From: Chiloscyllium plagiosum
Taxonomy: Eukaryota
Direction of reading: 5' to 3'
Assembly (NCBI RefSeq): GCF_004010195.1
Contig: NC_057719.1
Span: 79,935,080 to 79,999,079, forward strand
Length of the DNA: 64,000 nt
Shown in pieces: positions 35,100 through 49,329 of the stretch. A program made the translations under genes and the position numbers. How positions within the stretch are numbered: position 1 is the stretch's first letter; each line of letters begins with the position of its first letter. The notes below the pieces were generated by a model. The model was given only the letters and a program-made list of their open reading frames with translations. It made no database searches and was not told where the DNA came from.

Positions 35100-36800
35100 G
35101 GACTTGGATGTCGCTGGCTGGCCAGCATTTATTGCTTGCCCCAGTTGCCCTTGTGAAGGTGGTAATGAGCTACCTTCTTGAACCGCTGCAGTCCACATGC
35201 TGTGGTTGATCCACAATGCCATCACAGAGGGAAGTGTCATGGGTTTGGAAGGTGCTGTCTAAAGATCTTTGGTGAATTTCTGCAGTGCATCTTGTAGACA
35301 GTATACACTGTTGCTACTGAACATTGGTGATGGAGGGACTGGATGTTTGGGGATGTGGTGCCAATCCAATAGCTGCTTTGTCCTGGATAGTATCAAGCTT
35401 TTTGAGTGTTGTTGGAACTGCATTCATCCAAACAAGTGGACGTATTCCATCATACTCCTGACCTTTGCCTTGGAAATGGTAGACAGGCTTTGGGGAGACA
35501 GGAGGTGAGTTACTTGCTGCAGAACTTTGGCCTGTAACCTGCTCTTGTAAGCACTATTTATATGTGGAGGCCAGTTGAGTTTCTGGTCAATGGTAACCCC
35601 TAGAATGTTGACAGTGGGAGATTCAATGATGGTAGTACCATTGAATGCCAAGGGACTGTGGTTAGGTTGTCTCTGATAAATCATAGGATCCCTACATTGT
35701 GGAAGCAGGCCATTCAGCCCATTGAGTCTACACCAACCCTCCAAAGACCATTCCACCAAGACTCTCCCCTTCTACCCTATCGTCTTACATTTCCCATGGC
35801 TAATTCACCAAATCTACACATCCCTGGACACTGCGGTGCAATTTCACATGGCCAATCCACCTAATCTATACATCTTTGGACTGTGGGAGAAAACTAGAGC
35901 ACCCAGAGGAAACCCACATAGATTCAGGGAGAATATGAAAACTCCACACAGGCAGTCAAGCAAGGCTGGAATTGAACCCAGGTCCCAACTGCTGGTGGCC
36001 AATATTATTGGAGATGGTCTTTGCCTGGCATTTGTATAACAGGAACATTACTTGCCGCTTGTCAGCCCAAGCCTGGATATTGTCCAAATCTTGTTGCAAG
36101 TGCACATGGACTATTTAGTCTCACAAATAATGCCTGAACATTGTGCAATCATTAGTGAACATCCCCATTTCTGACCTTATAATGGAGGAAAGGTCGTTAA
36201 TGAAGCAGCTGAAGATGATGGTTGGACCTAAGACATTACCCTGCAGAGACGTCCTGCAATTGAGATGTCTGACCTCCAGTACCCACATCCATCTTTCCTA
36301 CATGCCAGGTATGACTCCAACCAGCTTAGGCTCCTTTGTAGTGCAGTGGTAGTGTCCCTACTCTGGGTTCAAGTCCAACCTGTTCCAGAGGTGTGTAATA
36401 ACATCTTGGTTGGAAAATTGATTAATTAGCAAAACAGGTTCACAAAAAAAAATGACTCCAACCAATGGAGAGTTTGTCTCTGATACCCATTGACTCGAGT
36501 TTTGCTGAGGGTCCTCAATGCCACACTTCGCTGAATGTGGCCTTGATGTCAAGGACTGTCATTCTCATCTCACCTCTGAAATTCAACTCTTTTGTCCATG
36601 TTTTAATGAAGCTCAGGAGCTGAGTGGTCCTAGTAGAACCCAAGCTAAGTGTCACTGAGCAGGTTATTGCTGAGCAGGTGCTGCTTGATGGCACTGTTGA
36701 TGACACCTTGCATCACTTTACTGATGATCGAGAGTAGACTGATTGAACAGCAATTGGCTGAGTTGGATTTGTTCTGCTTTTTGTATACAGGACATACATT
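35100..36800 (-). mobile_element. Non-LTR retrotransposon of the CR1/L2 group, second family (other pieces 41700-42090 -, 42350-42710 -, 43220-43750 +, 45720-45990 +)
   Basis: VLDIKATFSEVWH; NILGVTIDQKLNW; STISKAKVRSMMEY; plus-strand copy VRSVMEYPSLAWMGATPITSRSL; clade not assigned. Confidence 0.75.
35680..35985 (-). mobile_element. HE1/V-SINE nested in LINE
   Basis: V-domain. Confidence 0.82.
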
Positions 36801-36979
36801 GGCACTTAATGTAAAAATCTTCCAATTAACTTTGCTTGTGCTAATACCTCTAGGTTTGCCTGACTAATTTAGAAAAAGGTATTAAACAATGATGGGTCTG
36901 AGAACGATTATTGGTTCAGTCTCTGAATCACCAACTACTCCATACAGGTCATTTCCCCATAATTTCTAGTTCCACTACA

Positions 36980-37620
36980 GTTTAAAAATCTGTCTCAGCC
37001 TCCAACACACTTAATGTCCCAACCTCAACAGCACTGTGCAGTCAAAAACGCCACCAACTCTCTACCCTCTAAGAGGAGAAATTTCTCCTCATTTCTGTCT
37101 TAAATAGGTGACTCTTTATTCTGAGGTTACACCCTTTGGTCCTAGACTCTCCCACAAGGGGAACCAACCTTTCAGCATTCACCCTTTCACACACTCTAAG
37201 TATAATATATGTTTTGTTAAGGTCTCTTACATTTTTTTTAAACTCCAGTGAGAACAGGCTCAACGTCTCAAGCTTTCTTCAAGAAAATCCCTCCATACTC
37301 AAGATCAACCTACTGAACGTTCTGTGTACTACCTAAATACAAATATATCTTTCCCTTAATGAGCTGTTCACAGTATCAAGGTATGGTCTAACTAGCGCTT
37401 TCTTTATTTTGGTAAGATTTCCCTATTTTTATGAAATAAGGACTAAACTTACATATGCCTTCCCTATTGCTTACTGAACTTGCTGTGATTTATGCACAAT
37501 TATTCTGTGCTGCAGCTTTCTGCAGTCTTTCTCTGTTTAAATAATATTCAGCTCCTCTATTCTTCCTGCCAATTTGCATAACCTCCCATTTTCCCATATT
37601 TTGTTCCATCTGTTAAGTTT
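36980..37620 (-). mobile_element. Old CR1 3' fragment
   Basis: RVNAERLVPLVGESRTKGCNLRIKSHLFKTEMRRNFSS. Confidence 0.8.
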
Positions 37621-37994
37621 TTGCCCACTCACTTTCCAGTCTCTATCCCTCTGTCATTGTCATCATTCGCACCCCCGACCTTTTTGTGGGAAATTGGATT
37701 CCAATCTAAGCCCTCCCCTTAAGGAGAGGAAGTTGGAGCATTCAGGAGGTGAGGATCGGAGAAAAGATTTTACAAATGAGCGATGTCCAAAGTTGAATGA
37801 ACCTGAAAACTCTTATTTTGATGAAGTTCATTCAGTGGTAGTCAGTAAAGCCTCCATAATCCAAGACTGCCTACTGGCAAAAAAGGTACTTCAGGCTTGA
37901 GGGGCTGAATAGTCCACTCCTAATTCATATAAAGGATGCTTCCTCCTTTATAAAATCATACTTTCAATTCTTTTAGCATTATGGAAAATTATCT

Positions 37995-38565
37995 GGGCAT
38001 TTATATAGCACTTAGAACAGAATCCCTACAGTGTGGAAACAGGCCCTTTGGCCCAACAAGTCCACACCGACCCTCCAAAGAGTAACTCACCCAGATCCAT
38101 TTCCCCTACCCTATTTCTCTACATTTCCCACTGACTAACGCATCTAACCTACACATCTCTGAACACTATGGGCAATTTAGCATGGCCAATTCACCTAACC
38201 GGCACATCTTTGGACTGTGGGAGGAAACCCAGAGCACCCAGAGGAAACCCACGCAGACACAGGGAGAATGTGCAAACTCCACACACACACAGTCGCCTGA
38301 GGCTGGAATCGAACCTGGACCCCTAGCACTGTGAAGCAGCAGTGCTAATCACTGAGCCACCATGCCGCCCCCACTTCTTGTGATACGAGCACTTCACAAT
38401 GGACTTTTACAGCAAAGGGAGCATTTTTGAAATATTGTAGTGTGGGAAGCACAGTGGCCAATTCATGCACAACAAGATCCCACTGAATGCTTTTAAATTA
38501 ACGATCAGGTAATCTGTGCTTTAATGGTGCTTGTTGAGAGTTAAATATTGGTCAGGACACTGATA
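37995..38565 (-). mobile_element. DeuSINE relic interrupted by an HE1/V-SINE (38014-38371)
   Basis: GCATTTATATAGCAC tail; Deu domain GTGGCCAATTCATGCACAACAAGATCCCAC; intact HE1 inside. Confidence 0.72.
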
Positions 38566-39464
38566 TTATGTAGAAGGGGAAAATAATGTTTTGGGCCAGT
38601 TTGCAAATGTTTATGAAGATGACACCTATAGTCTGCACTCAACATCATATCTTATGCACATCAATATGCAAACTCAAAGCACTCTGATGGAAGGTAGCTA
38701 TCCTTTGGGAGTAAACCTGATTTCATCTGCGCAATTGTTGCCATTTGAAAGATGAGCACTTTAAGACAGTTCCTCAGCTTTTAAACACGGTGTTGAAATC
38801 CCATTGAGAGACGGATGAGGTAACCTGACCACAGGCCACTCCAGGTGTCCTGCCATGGATTTCAATGGGAAGCAATGTTTATTGGCATGAATGAGGCAGT
38901 GTACTGCTGAGCTTCAAATGGAATTACCTAATTCCTGAGGTATCCTGAGCTCAAACTGTGTTCCTCAAATATGGTGACCTCATGCTAAAGGAATCAATGA
39001 CTGGGACCTAGCGCTGACTATTGTTAAGAATCAGCAGGCAGAGTGGGAAAGGCAGGATTAGTGCGGTAATCAGTTGAGTAAACATTGGGGTGACATCACT
39101 GTCCATTTCCATTGAACAAGCAGAGAGGATCATTCGAGTTTGGCACAGGGGGACAATTGATAACATGGGACTGTAGGAGCAAAGTGAATGAAGGAGACAC
39201 AGTGATTCGATACGGTAATGATTGATCAATGTGAGCACTGGAGCTGTACTGACAGACTGTCAATAAAAGATGGGATCATGTTAATGAACACATCGCTGCT
39301 GCTGAATGGAGATCTGGTCCCAAGTATTCCATTTAAAACTGCTGCTCTGGAAAGCTCTCTCAACTCACTCTAACAAAACTTTCTTGTACCTATTTTGAAC
39401 TGCCATCAGCAGTGTTAGGAAAATCCTCACTTAGAATCGTGGATGAGGAAATCTCTGTGAAGGA

Positions 39465-40200
39465 GAGAACTTGCATTTGGTTTCTGGTGTTTACACACCA
39501 GGGCCTCTGAAAAGCACTTTACAATAAATGAAATATCTTTTGAAGTACAACCCTTGTTATAATGCGGGAAACCCTACATTCAGTTTACGCACTGCAGGAA
39601 CAGTGGCATTATACTGATAAATATGGAGCAAGACATCTGGGGATTAATTTCTCTCCTTCTTTTACTTAAATAGCTCTATGGATATGTTTTCAAATCTGAG
39701 GAAAGCTAAGGCCTTGGTTTAATTATTCATCTGAAATCAGGGCATCACAGTTGCTCAGTGGTTAGCACTGCTGCTTCAGAGCACCACGGACCTGGATTTG
39801 ATTCCAGCCTCGGGTGATTGTCTGTGTAGACTTTGCATGTCCTCCCCATGTCTGCATAGGTTTCCTCTGGTTTCCTCCCACAGTCCAACGATATTTATGG
39901 TTAGGTGAATTGCCCATGCTAAAATTGCCCCATAGCGTCCAGAGATATGCAGGCTAGGTGGGTTAGCCATGGCAAATGCAGGGTTACAGAGTCAGGGTGG
40001 ATCAAGGATGCTCTTTGGAGGTTCAGAATGGGCCAAATGGCCTTCATTTTCATATCATAGGGATTCTCTGAAAGCTGGTACCTACAGCAGTGCAGAGCTT
40101 CCTTTGCGCTGCATTAGAATGTCATCCTGGATTCTCTGATGTGGGTCTTGAACCCACACCCTGCTGACCCAGAGGTGAGAATATTACCACCCAAGGAATG
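39465..40200 (-). mobile_element. DeuSINE relic interrupted by an HE1/V-SINE (39740-40068, +)
   Basis: Tail AGAACTTGCATTT; AAGCACTTTACA..AATGAA..CTTTTGAAGT; tRNA-like head CTTGAACCCAC near 40150. Confidence 0.65.
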
Positions 40201-43200
40201 GCCGATCACCCCCACTACTCACTCGATCAGCAGCCGTAGCAAACCTGGGGAAGTTAGCTTTGCTGTTACTGGTGCTGTAAACTCTCGTGTCGGGAGTCGG
40301 TTGCACTGCTGATGTACTGAGCTAACATCAAAGTGATGACAGTTTTAGACTCTTCTGATTTAGTTCTATGTGCCATGAAACAAAACCACCCGCTAAAGCT
40401 GCAAGAAAACATGTTGCATATTAGGCTGAATTTCCATTGGTTCAAAGAAGTCCCACTGCCTGGAATGAGCAGAAAGCGAACCTGCTCGGGCGGATGGTGG
40501 CGACTTTGTAAAAGATGCCATGGACTGTGGACCAGCCCACTCTGGAAGGACATGTCCTTCCCAGAATGTCGCTGGGATAGCAGCCAGCCTGACAGGGCCA
40601 CACAGCAGGGGCTTATGGTCAGAGGTGGGTATATTGGTCAAGTACTGACTGAATTGGCTGCCTGCCCCCACAGTCAGTAAGGCCACACTGCTTCTGGGAG
40701 TCCCAAGGAAGCAACAACACACCATGCTTCCCTCTTGATATCACTTGCTGCTGTTTTATGAACTCCCACCTCCACCTCCCATTTCCAGAATGCTTGTAAA
40801 ATTCACTGTTTTGTCTTTCACCTGAATAATTCCTCCTGTACCATAGGCCTCGCAATGAATGATGTTGAGTTTTGGCTCCAGTCGCAACATTGAGTCACAG
40901 GTCCCATACTTTCTAATAGCACTCCACACTGTGCTGTCAAACTGGCGTGGTGTTGCCCAGTGTCTCAGGTTCCTGAATGCCCCCACAACCTTCTCCACTT
41001 TATCAATCTACAATGCATCACTCTTATAGGCTCATTCCCCACCGCTTTCAAATATTTACACATTCTCTCTATTTCATGTACATCTTTTGTTCCTCTGGCT
41101 TTGGTCATTCTGTCATGTCCCCACCTGTCATTCACCAGTGATCCCAATTGTAAGTCAGTGTGTGACAGCAATGGAGCGTCACCGAGGCTCTGACAAATAG
41201 CACAGCAAATGCAACCGACATTGAAAGCATCTGCATCCACCGTCCCACTTATTCTGTTTCTCCAATCATGTTTTTTTATTCATTCAATGCCCATATCCCT
41301 GCCTCGGCCTAGTTGGCCAGATAGCAGTTAAGAGTCAATCACATTGTTGTGTATTTGGAGTCACATGTAGGCCAGACCAGGTAGGGATGGCAGGTATCCT
41401 CACCTAAAGGACATTAGTGAACCAGATGGGCTTTTCCAACAATGGCTTCATGACAATCACTAGATTCTTAATTATAGATGTTATTTTAATGAATTCAAAT
41501 TCCACCATCTGCCATGGCGAGATCCCAGAACATTGTCCCCAGAACATTGTCTGGACCTCTGGATTAATATCTAGCGATAATGCCACTAGGCCATCACCTT
41601 CCCCTTAAAGAAGAATGATTAAGTATGTGCTTCATACTTTCTCTTGTCCCTTCACTTAACCCAACTCTTGGCCCTTTTCCCTTTCAAATACACAAGCTCT
41701 GGAGCACTGTTAGGAAGGGAGTTGAATCGAGTGGCAGTGAAGCTGAACTGAAACAATGATATGTTTCCGAATCAAAATGGTGCGTGACTTAGAGCGGAAC
41801 TTACAGGTGGTGGTGTTCCCATGTATCTGCTGCCTTGTCGTTCTACATGGAAGTGATGGTGGGTTTGGAAGGAACTATTTAAGGATCTTTGGTGAATTTC
41901 TGCAGTGCATCTTACTGATAGTACATACTGCTGCCACTGTTCATTGTCAGTGGAGAGAGGGTTTGCTGAAGGTGTTAGATGGGATGCCAACCAAGCGGGC
42001 TTCTTTACCTTAGATGTTAACAAGTTTCTTGACTGCTGTTGGAGCTGCATTCATCCAGGCAAATGGGGCGTATTCCATCACACTCTTGACTTGAGCTTTG
42101 TCCAAACGTGGTGTCACTAATATTCTGTATAAACTCAACATGACGCCCTAACTCTTATACTCAATGGTCTGATCAATGAAGGCAAGCGTTCTAAATGCCT
42201 GCTTAACCACCTTGTTACTTTTGACATAATTTGCAAAGAACCATCAACCTGAACCCCTCGGTCCCTCTGTTTGACAACAGTATCCAGGGCCCTACCATTA
42301 ACTGTGTAAGTCCAGCCCATGTTCAACATTTACAGTGATATCCTTAAACCTCCAGTAATCACAACCATCTTCCTTTGTGCTGGATATGTCTCACCCAGCA
42401 GAGAACTACTCCCATGATGCCTATAGACTCTGATTTTGCTAGGGCTCCTTGACACCACACTTGGGCAAAAGCAGCTTTGACTAAAAGGCAGACGCTCTCA
42501 TATCACCCCTGGAGTTGAGCTCCTTTGCCAATGTTTGAAACAAGGCTGTACTGAGGTCAGGAGCTAAGTGACGCTGGTGGACCACAAACTGGGTGTCACT
42601 GAGCAGCTTATTGCTAATCAAGTGCTGCTTGATCACACTGTTGATGACACATATTGATAGTCGAGAGTAGGCTGATGTGGCGGTAAATGGCCAGTTGGAT
42701 TTGTCTTGGATTTAGACTTGATCTATTTTCCATACCAAATTAGCCAATATTAAATGGCTTCAATGGCCACTGTCAAAGATGGTGGAAATTAGTCCTGGGC
42801 TCCCATTACTGCTACAACACAATAAGTGCTTACCTACACTGGCTCCTGGTCTGTTGGCTCTGCCAACTCACCACCCTTGTTATATGTTAGCAACTAGTCA
42901 CACATTACACCAAAATGGTAAACAGAAACTTTGAGTATCTTTGACCTGTATAGGTCAGCATTTATTGCTTGTCCCTAATTGCCAAGTTTCAGTCATTTCT
43001 TTGGATTTTGTAACAGCTTGGTTTGCCAGGCCATTCCAGGTGACAGCTAAAAGTCATCCACATTTCAGTCTGTTTTCAGTCGTGTGGGAGGCCTGGCCAG
43101 GTAAGGAGGGCAGATTTCTGACTGGAACGGACATTTGTAAACTTTATGGGTATTTAATGACAATTGACATGATTACCACTAAGCTAGCATTTTTATTTCA

Positions 43201-44547
43201 GAATTTGAAATAAAAGTATTCCAGTATTCAAATTCATCGACAAGACACAAGTCAGGAGTGTGATGGAATACCCCTCACTTGCCTGGATGGGTGCAACTCC
43301 AATAACATCAAGAAGCTTGACACCATCCAGGACAGAGCAGCCCACTTGATTGGCACCACATCCACAAGCATTTGCTCCCTCCACCACCATCACTCAGTAG
43401 CAGCAGTGTGTACTATCTACAAGATGCATTGCAGAAATTCACCAAAGATCCTCAGACAGCACCTTCAGACCAACCACTTCCATCTTGAAGGGCAAGCGCA
43501 CTAGATACATGGTAACGCCATCACCTTTGAGATCCCCTCCAAGCCACACATCATCCTGACTTGGAAATATATCACCATTCCTTCACTGTTGCTGATCAAA
43601 ATCCTGGAATTCCCTCCCTAAGGGCATTGTGTGTCAACCCGCCGCAGGACTGCAGCGGTTCAAGAGTGCAGCTTACCACTGTGTTGTCAAAGGCAACCAG
43701 GGACAGGGCAACAAATGCTAGCCAGATAACGATGCCCACATCCCACAAATGAAAACAAAAATTGGGATATGAACTTAGATCCCTGGAAAATTCACCTGGA
43801 GTTTTGGAATGGTAGTCCAGTTACACTACTAATAGGCCACCATCTCCAATTAACTGAGTGCAAGCTGATAAGTTTATTGGAAATGCATATCTGGACCTCT
43901 GTAGCCTGTCATACTGAACAAAACACTGCAGCATGGAACTGAAAGTATCAGCAGAAGGAGCATCGTTTGACATGTGCATGATTAAATGGTGTGGATTACC
44001 ATCAGGAGACTGCAGTGTGTGTGTCGTTGTTTTTGAGCGCTCATGCATACACTATAATCCCTGACCCTGGGAAACAGATCAGGAACAAAATGAGCAATTA
44101 ACTAAACAAATGTACAGCACCAACTGTGGCCTGTAATGGGCTGCAAACACTGATAACATCAGCACCGAGGTGTCATGTCACCTGGCACAGTCATGAATGC
44201 TCAGTGTCTGATGTCACTCAGTTAAGCTCTGCCATACTGTGCTAACATGCCTTTGTGCTTATTAAATTCAGGACCACTTGCCACAGCTTAATAGGTACCA
44301 CTGCCACATTTAAGTCAAAAATGAGTGGTCCATCTCTCCCAACATTGTAAAGTGACCATAGTCCCGGAGGATCATGGGGATGGTTTCTCATCAGAGAGAG
44401 AGAGACATGACTAGTGGCAAGTTTAACCTGAGGGTCACCTGAGAAGGTGGGACCTCCACGATAACAGCAGCTGGTACAGGCATTGAAGCCACGCTGGTGA
44501 TGTTACTCTGCATCACAAACCAACCCAACCAAACTAACAGACCTCCA

Positions 44548-44888
44548 TAATCTAGGCCGACACTTCCAGTGTGGGGCAGAGGTAGTGTTGCACTGGGGAA
44601 GCTGCTGTCTTTTGGAAGAGACATCAAACTGAGATTCTGTATGCCTTCTGGTTAAAAGTTCCACAGCACTACTTCAAATAGTATGTTTATCAATCAGTCT
44701 TCCTGCATCAGTAAAACCACTTACCCAGGTATTATTACTGTTGGTGGGTGTTTGTTCTGTTTAGAAATTGGTTGCTTTTTCCTACACTACCATAGTCTAC
44801 ACTTCAAACACGCTCCAGTAGCTGTAAATAATTTTGGGATGTCCTGAAGTTGTAAAAGGTGTGATAGAATTACAATATCCTTCTTCCT
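44548..44888 (+). mobile_element. DeuSINE relic
   Basis: AATCTAGGCCGACACTTCCAGTG...AAATTGGTTGC...TACACTTCAAA...TTTGGGATGTCCTGAAGTTGTAAAAGG. Confidence 0.7.
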
Positions 44889-45084
44889 ATTTAGTCACTC
44901 ATTTTAATAATTACTTCATACTCCATCAGCGCAAAATGGTCAAGTCTCTCTAAAGGCTCAAGAAAATGTTAATGTCTATTCCATACTCAATCAAGTTAAG
45001 GTATTTAATGATGTGAAAGGAACACTTACCAGTTCAAACATCTAGGGACACAGAATCTGCATTAAGAACGCCCAGATCACATGT

Positions 45085-45565
45085 GGGTTCAGAGAGATTT
45101 ACCAGGGTGTAGCCGGGTATGGAAGCTTTGAGTTATAAAGAAAGGCTGGTTGGGTTGGGGCTATTTTCACCAGAGCATAGCAATTTGAGAGACGACCTTA
45201 TAGAAGTTTGTAAAATAATGAGGGGTATAGGCAGGATTAATGGCAGTTGTCTTTCCCCTGGGATAGGGGATTTCAAGACTCAGGCACACTGTAAGGTGAG
45301 AGAGGAGAGATTTAAAAATGACGTAAGGGACAATTTTTTTACACTGAGGGTGGTTTGCGTGTGGAGTGAACTTCCTGAGGAAGTGGTTGATATGGGCACA
45401 ATTACAACGTTTAAAAGACATTTGGATAAGTACATGAATAGGAAAGGTTGGGAGGGAAATGGGCCAGGAGCAGGCAGGTGGGACTAGGTTTGTTTGGGAT
45501 TATGTTCGGCATGGCCAGGTTGGACCGAAGGGTCTGTTTCCGTGCTGTATGACTCTATAATTCTA
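45085..45565 (+). mobile_element. CR1 3' end
   Basis: LSYKERLVGLGLFSPE...FFTLRVVCVWSELPEEVV. Confidence 0.9.
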
Positions 45566-46229
45566 TGTGATACAGTAGATGTACAACAATGGCTAACTGA
45601 CAGACTCATACAACACAAAATAAGGTTAGTCAGTCCATTGTGAACGTCAGCTCTTTAAAAGAGTTATTCATTTTGTCTTAGTCCCCTGCTCTTACCTCAT
45701 TGACCTGCAATTTATTTTCTTTATCTCTATCTTTAGACTCCAACAACAATGTGACACCACCATCAACAAATGCCTGTCTAAGTCACGCACCATCCTAACA
45801 TGGAACCATATAATCATTCCTGTACTGTTGTTGGGTCAAAATGCTGGACGTTTTTTTTCCTACCAGTGCTGTGGGGGTACCTGCACCACATGGACTAAGC
45901 AGTTTAAGAAAGTGGCTCACCATTATCTTTCCAAGGGCAAGGAGAGCTGTGCTATGAATGACGGCTTTGCAAGCAACATTCATATTCTGTGAATGAATGT
46001 GAAAGAGTCTCTCAGATGAGAACTTAATTGTGTACTAATACGAGATTATTTTATGTTCCCTGAACACACCATCCATCTGCTGACCCATGTTGTATTGTCA
46101 ATCAGTGCTGAATTAGGATAGTCTTGTGCTAGGACTATATCTTACTGACAAGAGGATCCAAATTTCCCAAGTTCACTATAGATGATGTCGTAAGAGCCCA
46201 TGATGTTGTAGACGTGGATCAGCTGTGGA

Positions 46230-47250
46230 GATAAAGGGGTTCTTCTTCAGGTGGTTGACCCATGACCAGTGGGGTTCCACAGGGATCAGTGCTGGGACCA
46301 CAACTGGTCACAGTATTCATGACTTGGAGAAAGGAAGTGGAATATACCGAACTCAGGTTTGCACACAACACAAAAAATAGATGGAAAGGCAAGTTTCAAG
46401 AGGGACACAACCAGTTTACAGAGAGGGATTGATAGGTTCAGTATGTGGGCAAAAAGTCAGCAAATGGAGTATGATGTGGGAAAATGTGAAGTTGTTCATT
46501 TTGGAAGGGAGAATAAAAGAACAGTGTTAATTATTTGGAGAAAAACGGCAGAAAGCTGCAACGCAAAGGGACTTGTGTGGACTTGTACATGAAACACTGA
46601 AAGCTCGCGCACAGCTGCAGCAGGTAACCAGGAAGGCTGTTTCAAGGGGGTTGGAAGAGTAAGGAAGTCTTACTACAACTATACAAGGTGCTGGTGAGAC
46701 CACATCAGGAGTTCAGTGAGCAGTTTTGGTCCCCTCATTTAAGGAGAGATTTGATTGGATGCAGTTCAGAGAAGCTTTGCTGGGATTATTCCTGGTATGG
46801 AGGGATTGTCTTTTGAGTAAAGGTTAAACAGTTTGGAATTCTATTCAGTTTAAAAAAGTTTAGAAAAAAAGAGGTGACCTTATTGAAGCGTAGGATTCTT
46901 AAGAGGCTTGACAGGATAAATGCTGAGAGGATGTTTCCCCTCATGGGAGAGTCTAAGACCAGAGGGCATAGTCTCCGAGTAAAGGGATGCCATTTTAAGG
47001 TGAAGATGAGCTTCTTCTCTCAGAGGATTGTGAATCCTTGGAACTTCTTCCAGAAAGAGCTGTGGGGTGGAGTCCTTGTGTTTATTTCAGACTGAGATAG
47101 ACCGATTCTTGGTAAATCAGGGAGTCAAGGGTTACTGGAAAGTAGATGTGAGAAATGTTGTATCAACCATGATCTTATTGAATGGTGCAGAATGTTGAGG
47201 GGCCGAACAGCCTACTCCTGTTCATATTTCTTCTGGTTTTACGATCTTAG
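46230..47250 (+). mobile_element. Old CR1 RT/3' fragment
   Basis: TSGVPQGSVLGP; MEYDVGKCEVVHFGREN; LYKVLVRPH. Confidence 0.85.
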
Positions 47251-49329
47251 AGAAAGCAAATTGTGAAAACTCTCACATTATCTGTCTGGACTGGATCAAA
47301 GGAAAAAATGCACGTGTATATGACGCTCAGGATGGTCCAAAGCATTTTACATTCAATATAACACTTTCAGAGTAATGTTTGTTACTGTAGGAAAATGGGA
47401 AAGCCAACTCATGCACTGAAAGCTCCAACAAACAGTTGTTCTAAAATAATGGCCAAATATTCAATTGCCTTAGCGCTGTTAAAGAGATAACTATTGGTCA
47501 GTAATAAAAAATCTGGAATCCTCTTGGAAGAGTTTATTCTGAATTTCTCAAGAACTGTGTTTTTTTCCATTGCCTGATGACTGTGCAGCCAACTGCCCTC
47601 AGTTATTAGCATGTGGGAGTGCCAGAGCTTGAAGATAGTGTTAAGGAGCAAATGGAAGGTGCGGCAATTGAGACTCCAGTGCGTGCCATGTCTATGCCAC
47701 TTCTTTTTTCCACCTCGCTCTAACAATTATACTTCAGTATTTTGGATTTCACGAGAGTCGATTGCATTCGGTCTTCTCCGGAAAGAAGGATTTGCAATTG
47801 CAATCCTGTGTCACAGCCTCAGAGTGAGTGAGTTTATCTAACATTTGAGAGGTCCACCAGCTGCTATGCATTGTGAAGGTCCTGGGGGAGAGGAAATGTG
47901 CAAATTAGGGAACACAATTACGACTGAGCACAAGGAAAAGCCTCACATTTCAGAGACTGCTGATTGTTACAGTGCAGAAGGAGGCTTTTACGATCTTAGA
48001 GATCTCAACCTTCTGTGCTTACATTGCCAAACTCCTGCCTTTTCCTCTATATCCCTGAATGCCATTTCTATCCAAAGAATCATTCAATCGCCTCTTTAAT
48101 GTCTCAATTGAACCTACCTCCACCACACGTGTAGCCAACACGACTGGGTATCGTGTGACATGTGGGTCCCTGATATTAACCCAACCTTATCTCTCGTGAT
48201 GAGGGACAGCACTGATCAGCATCTGCAGCTGTGAGACCAGTGAAGGTGACCCCGGTGTCTGCCACTTGTGAATGTTTCACACTCCCTTCTCCGGCACAGG
48301 GACCAAGAGCTGAATAATGATCAACTTGAGTGGTTCTTCAAAGCGCTGTCTGTCTTTCTCCTCAAATAGCTTGTGATTCCAGAGTTCAACATCTTGAGTA
48401 TGACAGCTCCAGCATCTGGAATGTGGCACTGGGAGTGCAACATCCAGGATCCTGCATCTGGAGAGCCACCTACAGAACACAATATCCAGAGGATGGCATC
48501 CACAGTCGCCATCAGGAATACCTTCTCAATAGCTTTGCACAAATAAGAGTCTCCATTAACTTTTTCGTGCAGAGGAGGTTGAATAAAGGATCTTACAATT
48601 TCTGAGCCAATGTGAGAAGAGGATTGTACCAGGACCGTATCAGCATCGTTGCTATAAGATTCGGTCTGAGATGGAGAACACTGAGTGCCGGACCAAGCTC
48701 GTAAATTGAGGAAGGGTAGATTTAACAGGAAAATACTCTCAGGATTATGGGGAAATGTCAGGAGATAGAACTTAATACAAAATGCTTTGAGAACCAGAAC
48801 AGGCACAATGGGCCAAATGGCCTATTTTGTTCTGTGAACTCTAATTTAACTTGGAACACAGATCCTTTTGAACCATCCATCAAATCAATTCTACCTCATG
48901 GCAAGACTCCCAGTCCTGAGTCAGCATGACGTAGTGGGAATATTTTGAAGACTCCGCTTTCCCTACAAACATTGATATCACTGAGGTACTGGGACAACAC
49001 TGCATCTTATTCATTTGTGGACCAATGCAGCTATCGCTCATGGTTCACATGACGGAAGGAGTACTGGACCTGATCTTGCCCATTCAGGGAGTCACTGGTC
49101 AGTGGCAGGAATCCAAGAAGGAATATTGGCCTCTCCGTCTCAACCTTGGCTGACGAGATGAGCTAATTCGGAAGAAGCGAGGGATTAGAATCCATTTGGG
49201 ATTAAAAGTGCAGTGAGGAATAGGAAGCGGAGATGGGTCTGGGGGTATGGTCTAAACCACTGTAAAATACCCAAGGGTCAACTCTCACTTGCTTCATCAG
49301 GCAGAAAACTAAGCTAATGAATCAGGATT

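Noticed and set aside
48277..48806. 161-aa minus-strand ORF and exon-like segments
   Set aside because: No recognisable domain; the implied ~52-nt intron is too short and phases lead to stops
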